Origin: Ranitomeya imitator
Taxonomy: Eukaryota
NCBI RefSeq assembly: GCF_032444005.1
Contig: NC_091288.1
Coordinates: 197,284,001-197,348,000, forward strand
Reading direction: 5' to 3'
DNA: 64,000 nt
Positions 1 through 12,588 of this stretch are shown here, piece by piece. Each line of letters begins with the position of its first letter. Position 1 is the first letter of the stretch. The position numbers were made by a program, and so were the translations under genes. The notes under the pieces were generated by a model, which was not told where the DNA came from, ran no database searches, and was given only the letters and a program-made list of their open reading frames with translations.

Positions 1-133
1 GAGCCGTAAGGAGGGCGAGCAGAGAGCCGTAAGGAGGGGGAGCAGAGAGCCGTAAGGAGGGGGAGCAGAGAGCCGTACGGAGGGCGAGCAGAGAGCAGTA
101 AGGAGGGCAAGAAGAACCGTAGGGAGGGGGAGC
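1..133. repeat. 23-bp tandem repeat (GAGCCGTAAGGAGGGGGAGCAGA), truncated by window start
   Basis: About 5.5 diverged copies read directly. Confidence 0.85.
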
Positions 134-1169
134 GCTGACAGATTTGGATCAGAGAAGTTCTAGCAGTGAGGGCCTAGATCTGAGACTCGGCACTACGGCT
201 GCACAGCTGAACATCGGGGTAGTCATGAGACGAGGACTTCCAGAGGAGAAAAATCGAGAATTATTCTTTTTCCCACTGGGACAGTTCCCCATAAAAACAT
301 TATTGCACATTTATGGCGGCTTTAAATCGCAGGTAATCCAGGCGCCGGCAGCTCTTTACGTGCTGACGAACGGCCTCCGAGGCCCCATTGTGGCTGTCAG
401 ATCAGTCTGCGCTCACAAATATTTCATCTTATGCCATGAATATTCTCCAATATTTGCAGGAGATTTACAAACACAATTAGACCAGTTTTTTTTTTTTTTT
501 TTTTTAAACAAGCATAGCAGGCACCATAACTTGTTAACTGACGAACAATCGTCTGAAAAAAAATAAAGCGGAAATTCGGTGTAAACAGTGCGCAGACTTT
601 CAGCCCGATGCTTTACGATACAGGTTTGCCCAACTTTACTGGTTTCCTCTCCCCAATCCCGAATGATCTCAGCAGCTGGAAAGAACCGTAAAGTCAGTAA
701 AATTAGTAACGAGATATTACCAATTTTACCAGCTGCTCCCAGCAGGGGGCAGCGCGATATTGCTGCAAAGTGAAAGAGAATGGATGGGAACACACGGAGA
801 GGAGCATAAACAGCTGCAGCAACAGCGCTGGTAGTGTGGACTCAGCGACAAAGACCTGGGATCGGTCAAAACGTCCTTTTGTTTGTCTGTTCCCTGTCCG
901 TATCTCACACCCCACGTGTGTTCTAGCACTGTAAAAATAAAAATATTGCAACTTTCACCATTGACAGGGTGATGGACTCCTTTCTCTTGTGCTTGCCATG
1001 TCTGTACACCTATGACGCCTGGCGTGTATCTACGCCTGGGCTTTATAGAACGGCAATTTTACAAAAGATTGCCAAATTACAGTGTACTGTCCGGGGTATC
1101 AGGGATTCCACTAATAAAAAATGTAATGAAACAATGACAACGTCAATGATAACATCAGAGACAATTTTA

Positions 1170-3001
1170 GTCGACAACCCCCAGAGCCCTTCCTCCCGAC
1201 TTCCCAGCCCTCCACCTCCAAAACCAACTTCTCCACTATTACAGAAGATCGACTCTCCACTCTACTCTCAAGATCACATCTCACCACCTGTGCACTTGAC
1301 CCGATCCCATCCCACTTCATCCCAAACCTCACCACAGTCTTCATCCCAACTCTAACCCATCTCTTCAACCTATCACTAACAACTGGTGTTTTCCCCTCAA
1401 GCTTTAAACATGCCTCCATCACACCTATCCTCAAAAAGCCCTCTCTTGACCCATCCTCTGTATCTAGCTATCGCCCTATATCACTTCTCCCTTATGCTTC
1501 CAAACTACTGGAACAACACGTCCATCTTGAACTGTTCTCCCATCTATCTTCCTGCTCCTTCTTCGATCGCTTACAATCTGGCTTCCGGTCACATCACTCC
1601 ACTGAAACTGCCCTAACTAAGGTCACCAATAACCTATTAACCGCCAAGAGCAAGCGACACTACTCTGTCCTCCTCCTCCTGGACCTGTCCTCTGCCTCTG
1701 ACACAGTGGACCATTCCCTATTACTACAGATGACCCTCTCATCCCTTGGCATCACAGACTTGGCCCTATCCTGGATCTCATCATACCTAGCAGACCGGAC
1801 ATTCAGCGTCTCCCACTCACACACCACCTCCTCACCTCGACCCCTATCTGTCGGAGTCCCGCAAGGTTCAGTCCTAGGGCCCCTGCTCTTCTCCATTTAC
1901 ACTTTTGGCCTGGGACAGCTCATAGAATCTCATGGTTCTCAGTATCATCTCTATGCTGATGACACAGATCTACATCTCTGGACCAGATATCACCTTCCTA
2001 CTAACCAGAATCCCTCAATGTCTGTCCACTATTTCATCCTTCCTCTCCGCTAGATTTCTAAACCTTAACGTGGACAAAACAGAATTCATCATCTTTCCCC
2101 CATCTCACGCGACCCCCCAACAAAGCTATCCATTGCAGTAAATGGCTGCCCACTCTCCCCAGTCCCACAAGCTCGCTGCCTCGGGGTAATCCTTGACACT
2201 GATCTCTCCTTCAAATCTCATATCCAAGCCCTTTCCACTTCCTGCCGACTTCAACTCAAAAATATTTCACGGATCCGTACGTTCCTAAACCCAGAATCTG
2301 CAAAAACCCTAGTCCATGCCCTCATCAATTCCCGCCTGGACTACTGTAACCTCCTGCTCTGTGGCCTCCCCTCTAACACTCTTGCACCCCTCCAATCTAT
2401 TCTAAACTCTGCTGCCCGACTAACCCACCTGTCCCCCCGCTATTCCCCGGCCTCTCCCCTCTGTCAATCCCTTCACTGGCTCCCCATTACCCAGAGACTC
2501 CAGTAAAAAAGCCTAACCATGACATACAAAGCCATCTACAACCTGTCTCCTCCATACATCTGTGACCTCGTCTCCCGGTACTTACCTACACGCAACCTCC
2601 GATTCTCACAAGATCTCCTTCTTTACTCCCCTCTTATCTCCTCTTCCCACAATCGTATACAAGATTTCTCTTGCGCATCCCCCCTACTCTGGAACCCTCT
2701 ACCCCAACACATCAGACTCTCGCCTACCATGGAAACCTTCAAAAAGAACCTGAAGACCCACCTCTTCCGACAAGCCTACAACCTGCAGTGACCACCGATC
2801 GACCAAACCGCTGCAGGACCAGCTCTACCCTCACCCATCCCTTGTAGATTGTGAGCCCTCGCGGGCAGGGTCCTCTCTCCTCCTGTACCAGTTGTGACTT
2901 GTATTGTTCAACATTATTGTACTTGTTTTTATTATGTATACCCCTCCTCACATGTAAAGCACCATGGAATAAATGGTGCTATAATAATAAATAATAATAA
3001 T
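1170..3001 (+). mobile_element. L2-clade LINE, 5'-truncated and decayed RT fragment
   Basis: Broken frames give [39 protein letters not shown] and YADDT. 3' stem-loop AGCACCA-tggaataaa-TGGTGCT is followed by an (AAT)n-like tail at about 2980-3001. Multiple frameshifts and stops. 5' boundary approximate. Confidence 0.88.
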
Positions 3002-3312
3002 GACAACAATGAAAAAAAATATATATATATATATGTTCCTATCCTTTTCCCAAAATGTTACTGAAATCTAAAAAAAATGACCTAAAGAAAACAATTTAAT
3101 ATCACTTCGGGCATCAATGTCCAGACTAATAAAATAATATATGTATCCCATAGAGTTAACACCAAAACAGAAAAAAATGGCAGAATCAGTGGGTTTTTGG
3201 GGCCCTTCATCTCCCCAAAAATGGAGTTAAAAAAAAAGATCAGGATGTCGTATGGGAACCAAAATGGTATAAAATAAATTTAAAAAATTACTGCACATCA
3301 TTACCCCTGATA

Positions 3313-4870
3313 CAGTGTGGCACTCACAGCATATCATTACGCTGGGCAGTGTGGCACTCACCGCACATTACCCTGGGCAGTGTGGCACTCACTGAACATC
3401 ATAACCCTGGGCAGTGTGGCACTCACCAAACATCATTACCCCTGGGCAGTGTGGCACTCACCTAACATCATTACCCCTGGGCAGTGTGGCACTCACCGAA
3501 CATCATTAGCCCTGGTACAGTGTGGAACTCACAGCACATCTTTACCCTGGGCAGTGTGGCACTCACCGAACATCATTACCCCTGGGCAGTGTGGCACTCG
3601 CTGAACATCATTACCCTGGGCAGTGTGGCACTCACCGAACATCATTACCCCTGGGCAGTGTGGCACTCACCGAACATCACTAGCCCTGGTACAGTGTGGC
3701 ACTCACAGCACATCTTTACCCTGGGCAGTGTGGCACTCACCAAACATTACCCTGGGCAGTGTGGCACTCACCGAACATCATTACTCCTGGGCAGTGTGGC
3801 CCTCACCGTACATCATTAGTCCTGGGCACAGTGTGGCAGTCACCGTACATCATTAACCCTGGGCACACTGTGGCACTCACACCGTACATCATTAGCCCTG
3901 GGCACACTGTGGCACTCACCGTACATCATTAGCCCTGGGCACACTGTGGCACTCACCGCACATCATTAGCCCTGGGCACAGTGTGGCACTCACTGTACAT
4001 CATTATCCCTGGGCACAGTGTGGCACTCACCGTACATCATTAGCCCTGGGAACACTGTGGCACTCACCGTACATCATCAGCCCTGGGCACAGTGTGGCAC
4101 TCACCGTACATCATTAGCCCTGGGCACAGTGTGGCACTCACCGTACATCATTACCCTGGGCACAGTGTGGCACTCACCGTACATCATTACCCTGGGCACA
4201 CTGTGGAACACCATACGTCATTAGCCCTGGGCACACTGTGGCACTCACCGTACGTCATTAGCCCTGGGCACAGTGTGGCACTCACCGTACATCATTAGCC
4301 CTGGACACAGTGTAGCACTCACCGTACATCATTAGCCCTGGACACAGTGTGGCACTCACCGTACATCATTACCCTGGGCACACTGTGGCACTCACTGTAC
4401 ATCATTACCCTAGGCACAGTGTGGCACTCACCGCACATCATTAGCCCTGGGCACACTGTGACACTCACCGTACATCATTACCCTAGGCCCAGTGTGGCAT
4501 TCACTGTACATCATTAGCCCTGGGCACACTGTGGCACTCACCGTACATCATTAGCCCTGGGCACAGTGTGGCACTCACCGTACATCATTAGCCCTGGACA
4601 CAGTGAGGCACTCACCGTACATCATTAGCCCTGAGCACACTGTGGCACTCACCGTACATCATTACCCTGGGCACACTGTGGCACTCACCGTACATCATTA
4701 GCCCTGGGCACAGTGTGGCACTCACCATACATCATTAGCCCTGGGCACAGTGTGGCACTCACCGTACATCATTAGCCCTGAGCACAGTGTGGCACTCACC
4801 GTACATCATTACCCTGGGCACACTGTGGCACTCACCGTACATCATTAGCCCTGGCACAGTGTGGCACTCG
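3313..4870. repeat. Minisatellite, 34-37-bp unit (GGGCACAGTGTGGCACTCACCGTACATCATTAGCCCT), about 43 copies
   Basis: Period 37 measured at 4021/4058; shorter variants in the left part. Confidence 0.95.
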
Positions 4871-5132
4871 CTTTTAACACTAGGAGGGCAATGTCTGGCA
4901 CTCTGGGTTTTGCAGTCGTTCTGTATGGATGGTCACGGTATGGACGGCCCTTTGTGGGCATTGTGTGTACCATCTGTGCATTAAACGCACCCATGTTACT
5001 ACTGGCACGTTACGGTCAGTGTGAATGCTCCTTATCTGGAGACTAATGGTGGTACTAGGACACTGTGTTACGTGCCTGAGAAACTCCCACAGCTCTGTGT
5101 CCGTCTAGCAACACCCAGCTCCTTATACTCAC

Positions 5133-5158
5133 CGGGCCGCCGCCGCCGCCGCCGCCAT
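5133..5158 (-). CDS. MRM2: Probable MRM2 (FTSJ2) coding exon 1, MAAAAAAA(R), phase-2 donor
   Basis: Minus strand reads ATG (GCG)6 GCC CG|GTGAGT. It lies head-to-head with NUDT1 as MRM2 does in human, where (from recall) the first coding exon is also tiny and phase 2. Downstream exons are not seen in the window, so identity rests on synteny. Confidence 0.5.
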
Positions 5159-5379
5159 ATTAACTACCCAATACATTCTACAGGGCCAAACGTTAGCTGA
5201 AGCCGCGTCCGCCATATTTGTAAAGGGAAACGAAAACAGTTAAAAACACACTAAAAGCCGTACCTCAGTCCTAGGTTGTAACATATAATTATTCTTGCAT
5301 TTCCGCGCTATAAATGTTAGATAGTTTATATTTAGATTAGTATATATAATAATTCAGACGGGGGAAGCGGCTGCCCTCA

Positions 5380-5460
5380 CCTAACATGGCGGCCGGGGAT
5401 GAAGACTGCCGGGTCACGTGAGCGGCCTCTCAGTTCCCGCCGGTGAAGCTCACGTGAGGG
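5380..5460. promoter_or_regulatory. Candidate bidirectional MRM2/NUDT1 promoter: YY1-like AACATGGCGG and two TCACGTGA E-boxes
   Basis: CpG-rich stretch; TCACGTGA at 5414-5421 and 5450-5457; AACATGGCGG at about 5383-5392. Confidence 0.55.
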
Positions 5461-6102
5461 TCCGAACCTGTTCACACAGGACATACAGCAGAGGTAAAAC
5501 GTCCAGTCCTGCGCGGTATGTGGGGGTCGCACGGAGTCCTGTCTCCACGGCACGCGCTGTGTGGCAGCTTTGGGTTAACCCCTTCACAACTGGGCAATTA
5601 CTGATTTTATTTTATTTTATTTTATTGCATTTTTTTTATCATTCCCTTTTTCGCCCCGCAGCAGTTTGAGGGTTTCTTTATATGAGTTGTAATTTTGAAT
5701 GATTGAATGAAAACTGGGGGAAAAAGATTGTAATTCCGCCATCGTTCTTCTTTTTACTTTTGCGCCGCGATCTGTTTTAATTGATGCGGTTTTTTAGCGC
5801 TTATCAGATTTTGATCACTTTTTATTGCATTTTTGGGGGAGATGGACGGCGGCGACTGACAAATTCTGTAGCAGAAAAAAAGCTCCAGAATTAGCGGACG
5901 GGTCTAATAAATCGCATTTTTCTAGATAAGTATTTTTTAAAACTGGTGTAAGGGGGGAGATATCTACTTTTATACATTTATCTTTTTTACTATTTTTTTT
6001 TTTTTTACAAATATTTGTCTTCATTTTACTTTCTATCTTAGTCCCTCCAGGTGAATCTGCGATCCTTCATTGCTGTAGTACTGCAGTATATATATATATA
6101 TA

Positions 6103-6489
6103 CTAGATTGTGGCCCGATTCTAACGCATCGGGTATTCTAGAATATGCATGTCCCCGTAGTATATGGACAATGATGATTCCAGAATTCGCGGCAGACTGT
6201 GCCCGTCGCTGATTGGTCGAGGCAACCTTTATGACATCATCGTCGCCATGGCAACCATTATGACATCATCGTCGATACTGTGCCCGTCGCTGAATCAGAA
6301 ACGTGAGATGTCTACGTCCTTTATGACATCGTCGTCGCTGTGCCCGTTGCTGATTGGTCGAGGCCTGGTGGCCTCGACCAATCAGAGACGCGGGATTTCT
6401 ACGTCGATGCTGTGCCGGTCTCTGATTGTCGAGGCCGCCAGGACAGACAGACAGACAGACGGAAAAATCCTTAGACAATTATATATAGA
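6103..6489 (-). mobile_element. Non-autonomous Helitron (387 bp)
   Basis: Minus strand starts A|TCTATATATAATTGTCTAAGG and ends with hairpin CCCGAT-8nt-ATCGGG then CTAG|T. A|T target, no TSD, internal (CTGT)n. Confidence 0.85.
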
Positions 6490-6681
6490 TATATATCCGC
6501 TCTCCCTCTGACGCCCAGATACTGGCGGTGCTGGGAGCCCGAATGATTGTGCCACATAAATTGGCCTATTAAATGCTCCGTTGGATTCATGGCAGCATTT
6601 AAATGGTTAAACAGTAGACACGATAGCGGTCTCTCTATGACGTCTAGTCTGAATGTGGCTAGGAGTGCGCATATCGCATAC

Positions 6682-8005
6682 CTGCAGTCACACCGGAGAA
6701 TCCTGACACTGTGCAATGTGCGTGCCGTCTGCAGTCACACCGGAGAATCCCGACAATGTGCGTGCCGTCTGCAGTCACACCGGAGAATCCTGACAATGTG
6801 CGTGCCGTCTGAAGTCATACTGGAGAATCCTGACAGTGTGCAATGTGTGTGCCGTCTGCAGTCACACCGGAGAATCCTGACAGTGTGCAATGTGCGTGCC
6901 GTCTGCAGTCACACCAAAAAATCCTGACAGTGTGCAATGTGCGTGCCGTCTGCAGTCACATCACACTGGAGAATCCTGACAGTGTGCAATGTGCGTGCCG
7001 TCTGCAGTCACACCAGAGAATCCTGACAGTGCAATGTGCGTGCCGTCTGCAGTCACACTGGAGAATCCTGACCATGTGCAATGTGCATGCCGTCTGCAGT
7101 CACACTGGAGAATCCTGACTGTGCAATGTGCATATCGCATACCTGCAGTCACACTGGAGAATCCTGACAGTGTGCAATGTGCGTGCCGTCTGCAGTCACA
7201 CCGGAGAATCCCGACAATATGCCTGCAGTCACACCGGAGAATCCTGACAGTGTGCAATGTGCGTGCCGTCTGCAGTCACACCGGAGAATCCCGACAATGT
7301 GCGTGCCGTCTGCAGTCACATCACACTGGAGAATCCTGACAGTGTGCAATGTGCATGCCGTCTGCAGTCACACCAAAGAATCCTGACAGTGTGCAATGTG
7401 CGTGCCGTCTGCAGTCACACCGGAGAATCCTGACCGTGTGCAATGTGCATGCCGTCTGCAGTCACACCGGAGAATCCCGACAATGTACGTGCCGTCTGCA
7501 GTCACATCACACTGGAGAATCCTGACCGTGTGCAATGTGCGTGCCGTCTGCAGTCACACCGGAGAATCCTGACCGTGTGCAATGTGCATGCCGTCTGCAG
7601 TCACACCGGAGAATCCCGACAATGTGCGTGCCGTCTGCAGTCACATCACACTGGAGAATCCTGACCGTGTGCAATGTGTGTGCCGTCTGCAGTCACACCA
7701 GAGAATCCTGACTGTGCAATGTGCATATCGCATACCTGCAGTCACACTGGAGAATCCTCACAGTATGCAATGTGCGTGCCGTCTGCAGTCACACCAAAGA
7801 ATCCTGACAGTGTGCAATGTGCGTGCCGTCTGCAGTCACACCAAAGAATCCTGACAGTGCGCAATGTGCAGTCTGCAGTCACACCGGAGAATCCCGACAA
7901 TGTGCGTGCCGTCTGCAGTCACATCACACTGGAGAATCCTGACAGTGTGCAATGTGCGTGCCGTCTGCAGTCACACCGGAGAATCCTGACTGTGCAATGT
8001 GCGTG
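6682..8005. repeat. Minisatellite, about 47-bp unit (GCAGTCACACCGGAGAATCCTGACAGTGTGCAATGTGCGTGCCGTCT) with shorter variants
   Basis: Directly visible tandem array of roughly 29 units. Confidence 0.95.
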
Positions 8006-8255
8006 CACGATACCTCCTGAGGTGTCTCTGTGTCTCTAATGTGGAAATGAAGAGGCTTTGGATGCTATGGGCACTGATGTGATAGAAATAATCATTTTCA
8101 CATATGTTAGTGGTTATCTTTCATTGAAAAAAAAAAATCGCACTAAGTTTCAGTCCATAATTTCCTTCCTTTTCATTTTGAGAACCCCTGATATGCAATG
8201 TGCAGCCTGATCCAAGTTTCAGATTTTTCTCTAGTGGGACTGTCCCTCCCAGTAA

Positions 8256-8450
8256 GGCTGCCGTCACGCTAGCAGTATTTGGTCAGTATTTTACGTCAGT
8301 ATTTGTAAGCCAAAACCAGGAGTGGGTGATAAATGCTGAAGTGGTGCATATGTTTCTATCATACTTTTCCTCTAATTGTTCCACTCTTGGCTTTGGCTTA
8401 CAAATACTGATGTAAAATACTGACCAAATACGGCTAGTGTGACGGCAGCC
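8256..8450. mobile_element. PIF/Harbinger-type MITE (195 bp)
   Basis: TIR GGCTGCCGTCAC/GTGACGGCAGCC, TAA TSD on both sides, long internal inverted repeat. Confidence 0.85.
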
Positions 8451-9300
8451 TAATATAGGCTGGATGTGAGGTCTCTGTGTATCCAGAGTGCTGCTGGCTT
8501 CTTTAGCTCACATATCAGCACATCTTCTATCCTGCACTTATTTCCTCTTCATGTGCTTTCCTCCTTATCTGCAGTGTTAATTTTGTCTGCTCTACCTTCT
8601 CTGAGACTATAGATACTTTATCCACTCTCAGTTGCTGTCATGAGCGCAGTCCCATACCGCTCCCTGCTGCGGTCTCTAAGGCTGCTGCTAGTGCATCTGA
8701 TAATCAAATCATGTGCACTCATACAAGTCTATCATACGAGTGCAGTCTGATCACCGTGGACACAGAATGGAGAAGATGGAGAAATGAAAGGGGATTCCAG
8801 GACTTCGTAAAAAAAAAAAAAGTGCCAAAACACTATTAGGCATGTAGTTGGTATCCCCCTGCCCATTCTTCTCCGGCACAAACCGCTCCTGCCAGCGATT
8901 CCGCTGTCTCTGCTGACATCATGTTGACAGAGCAGCAGGTTCTTTTCCGTTCTGCTGGACATGCGTTGACAGGTCGAGAGTGCTGACGTCATGCTGATTG
9001 ACAGTCAGATCCCTGCTACCTAACTGGGGGAGCCTGCTGTCAATCAGCATGACATCGGCAGTCATGGCCTGTCAACAGAGCAGGGCGGAAAATAAGCCTT
9101 TGCTCTGTCGACGTGACGTCAGCAGAGGCAGCTGAATTTAACGCCGATCCGATCTAATCGTGCTGCTGCATGTATGGAAGTATAGCGTGGGGACAGGTCC
9201 GTTAATTTAACGGTGTGTATGAGGCCTAACCTGGTGAATTGTGCAGGGTGTGCACCATCTCGTCTCGTTCATAACTCCTCTGCATGTCTCAGCAGAAGCC

Positions 9301-9452
9301 ATGTTCTCATCTAAGCTGCTCACTCTGGTCCTGGTGGTCCAGCCGCAAAGAATCCTGCTGGGCATGAAGAAGCGAGGCTTTGGTGTCGGTCGGTGGAATG
9401 GGTTTGGCGGTAAAGTACAGCAAGGAGAAACAATCGAAGAAGCTGCAAAAAG
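9301..9452 (+). CDS. NUDT1: NUDT1 (MTH1, 8-oxo-dGTPase) coding exon 1
   Basis: [50 protein letters not shown](R): start of the Nudix box; 152 nt; GTGAAT donor. Confidence 0.97.
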
Positions 9453-9670
9453 GTGAATTTAGGGTCTGGATAACCAATACTTGCCCATCTACAGCGTCAA
9501 TTGAAATGAATGGGTTGGATGGGACAACCGGGGGTCGGGAGTAGCTCATCCATGTGGAATTAGGGGTCATAAAGGTCTGGTAGATTTTTATTTTTTTTTC
9601 TGAGATAATTTATAATTCTCTATTGCAAACTCCATGTTATAATGGATTTTCATCTTATTTCTCTGTGCAG

Positions 9671-9816
9671 GGAACTCTGGGAAGAAAGCGGCCTGACAAC
9701 AGACACCCTTCAGAAAATCGGCAACATCAAATTTGAGTTTGTCGGCAGCACCGAGTTGTTGGACGTCCATATCTTCCGAGCAGATGAGTTTAGAGGAGAA
9801 CCAACTGAAAGTGAAG
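9671..9816 (+). CDS. NUDT1: NUDT1 coding exon 2
   Basis: [39 protein letters not shown] completes the Nudix box; 146 nt; AG/GT boundaries in phase. Confidence 0.97.
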
Positions 9817-10004
9817 GTGAATACAAGAGGTCGGCTGCATTATACGCCCTTCCCAATGCCAACTCCAATCTGGCGGGTTCCTCGGATACCTGCCCCCTCC
9901 AATTTCTGTTAAAGTGGCTGAATTGCAATACCAGGCACCGCCTATAAATAAGAGTGGCGCCATTTCTATAATTGTATATAACCCCTCTAAATTTTGTTTT
10001 TTAG

Positions 10005-10177
10005 AAATGCGTCCCGAGTGGTTCTCGTTAGACCAGATCCCTTATGACGGCATGTGGCCAGATGACTACATATGGTTGCCCCTGTTGTTGCAGAAGAAGA
10101 AATTCTTGGCTTATTTCAAGTTTGAGGGACATGATAAAATTCTGGACTATAACCTGGAGGAAGTAGATGAGGTTTGA
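10005..10177 (+). CDS. NUDT1: NUDT1 coding exon 3 (total 471 nt, 156 aa)
   Basis: [35 protein letters not shown]; spliced length 156 aa equals human MTH1 p18. Confidence 0.97.
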
Positions 10178-11074
10178 TCGGGAGGTTTTGTAGGCTTTTT
10201 TCTTTTGCACTATTAGGTTAGTTTCGATGAGTAATATGGTCGCGTTATTGGCCCGACCACCGGCTTAAGGAGGTTGTCCAAGATGGTTTCTTAGTTTTGA
10301 AGGCCATTGTGTTCAACCTATTTTCAAGCATCTGCCTGATGGGGTCTTTTTGTTAATTGCCCCATATTAGTGGACACATTCCAATGCCACGTATGGCAAT
10401 CGGACTAGTTCCGTGGATCAGCGCCTTATCCCGTGATTGCCTTCTTCTACAAACAGCGCCACTCCGGTCTCCAGGCTGTGCATAGTATTGCGGCTATATG
10501 AGATGCAATGTGTAGATGCTCATGCTCCACTCATCCCATATGGGCCTGCCAAAAAAAAGCCGAGTGCAGCACCATAGGGAATGAATAGTGCAGCGGTCAT
10601 TCATGTGCATTCATTCTGCCAATCGGTGCGAGTCCCAGCAGTCGGATCCCTCCTGATCAATAAGTCATTGCCTACCCTATGGAACAACCCTTATAGAGCA
10701 CCGTAGGGATCTACAAGGCGTTTAGTATAAACCAATAGCCAAAAAATGTGCCCGTTTTACACGTGGAGCAGGCCATAGTCTAGAATCCATTTTATGAGTA
10801 GCTCTGTACTAGATAATCCTAGTGGTGAAGCACTTGCCTATAGCAACCAATCAGATTACTCCTTTAATTTTCAAAAGAGCCCTTGAAAAATAAGAGCTGT
10901 AATCTGATTGGTTCCTAGGGGCAACCGGCTTCTTTTCCCTTTAGACCATTTTTGAGAATTCTCCCATTTTGTATCAGGCCGTGATCACTGATTGATTACA
11001 ATCCTCTACCGTTTTTTATTTTAGATAAGTCATCTGTATAATCTGCTTCTGTCTACCGTTCTACGGTTGACTAC

Positions 11075-11080
11075 AATAAA
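11075..11080 (+). terminator. Candidate NUDT1 polyadenylation signal AATAAA
   Basis: AATAAA about 900 nt after the stop, followed by a GT/T-rich tract. Confidence 0.4.
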
Positions 11081-12316
11081 CTGATGTGATCTCTCTGTGT
11101 GGTTCTCTTATTGTCTTGTGGCTATTATCCTATAACATTTATGACCTGCTGTCAGACTAATGGGACCCCCACCAATGGCGACAAGGCTGCCCCCATATGA
11201 ATGGGAAAGTGGGAATGCGCATGCATGACCGCAGCGCTAGTGATCACACGTGCGCTGCATCTCAGTCACTTTGCTGGTTCTGTAAGCCTGTGTTCACACC
11301 AAGTTTTTGTGTGTTTTTTTTTTAAAGCGTGGATTTTGTCGCAGATCTGCTTCAAAGATCCACAACAACGAGTATTTGCAGGCGTTTTTAGAGCAGATCC
11401 TCCTAAGAAGTCCTGTAAGCCTAGCCTTATATGCACAAATCCACAGGGCATCTGTACCATTCAGATAACATTACAGGGGATTTGGCATCAGGCTCCTGCT
11501 CCCCCATATGAGAGAATCAATGTAGTGGTAGGGAACCCGATTCCAGCGATGTCATTTACTGGGCTGCTTACTGTAATTTTGATCAAATCATTTTACTCTG
11601 CTACAGATCTCTCAGTTCTCTGACTGCTGAGCCCTGAATAACCCCGCCACCCCACTTATTGCCTATGCACAGTGTACAAAGTAAGCTGTATAAACCCGTC
11701 CCCAGTACGGATTGGCAGAGCTCATGAATATGGAGGACTATATGACAGCAGGTTCACTAGTCCTCCAGTGATAATCTCCTGCTATTAAAACACGGATTTT
11801 ATCAAAACTATAGCTAGCAGCCCAGTAAGGGATACATCGCTGAAATCTGTGTCAGTTTACAGCCTGGTCTGTGGTTTCAACTGCCAGCACCCTCTGTGTG
11901 TTTCTCCCTGTGTTTCGATTATCTTTTTATTTTTTTCTAATAGATGCTTTAAAACGTAAGCAACCATGGTTTTTTTTATTTAAAAAAAAAAAATCCAAAA
12001 TGACATGCGGTGGGGGAAGGGTTATATGACTTGTTTGTTTTTCGGTTGCAAATAAAAATAAAAAAAACAGAATGTATGCATCACACATTTATTAAAAAAA
12101 AATATATATATATATATATTTTCTAAGGATGTAAAAGCACAGCAGTTTTTTGCATCCCGTAAAAATAGAATAAAAACATTTTTTCAAATATGTTTTTCCT
12201 ATTCAATTCTACGTAAATACTATTGCATCCGTTTATTTTTTTTAATGGTCCAAACTAAAAACCATGGTGTTAAATTCACTATAAGAAAGACCTGACCTGC
12301 ATAAAGAACGAATTAA

Positions 12317-12588
12317 AGGGGTATTCTAGTCTTAAACAAAAAAAAAAAAAAAAAAACTTGACATTGGCTGGCTATTATCACTCCCATAGATAATGACCCA
12401 CAACAATCACATTGCTCAGTTACAGCGTCTTCATCCTTGTCCATAGACTTTGAATGGATGGAGCGCGTTCACATCCAGGCCGGGGACACAGAAGGACACA
12501 AGTCTCCTGGATCTGGCGATCATTGTAGGACCCACGCCAGTTTAAAACATCACCCATCAAATAAATGTTTGTTGGCTGGAATACCCCT
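12317..12588. mobile_element. Kolobok/T2-type MITE
   Basis: TTAA|AGGGGTATTC ... GAATACCCCT|TTAA termini. Confidence 0.7.

Noticed and set aside
144-951. Several 60-140 aa ORFs as MRM2 exon 2 or another gene
   Set aside because: No FtsJ/RrmJ motifs or other recognisable similarity in any listed frame.
3313-8005. Regular arrays resembling CRISPR
   Set aside because: Units are contiguous tandem copies with no unique spacers, there are no cas genes, and the context is a eukaryotic intron-exon genome. The same applies to the 53-, 74- and 21-bp arrays.
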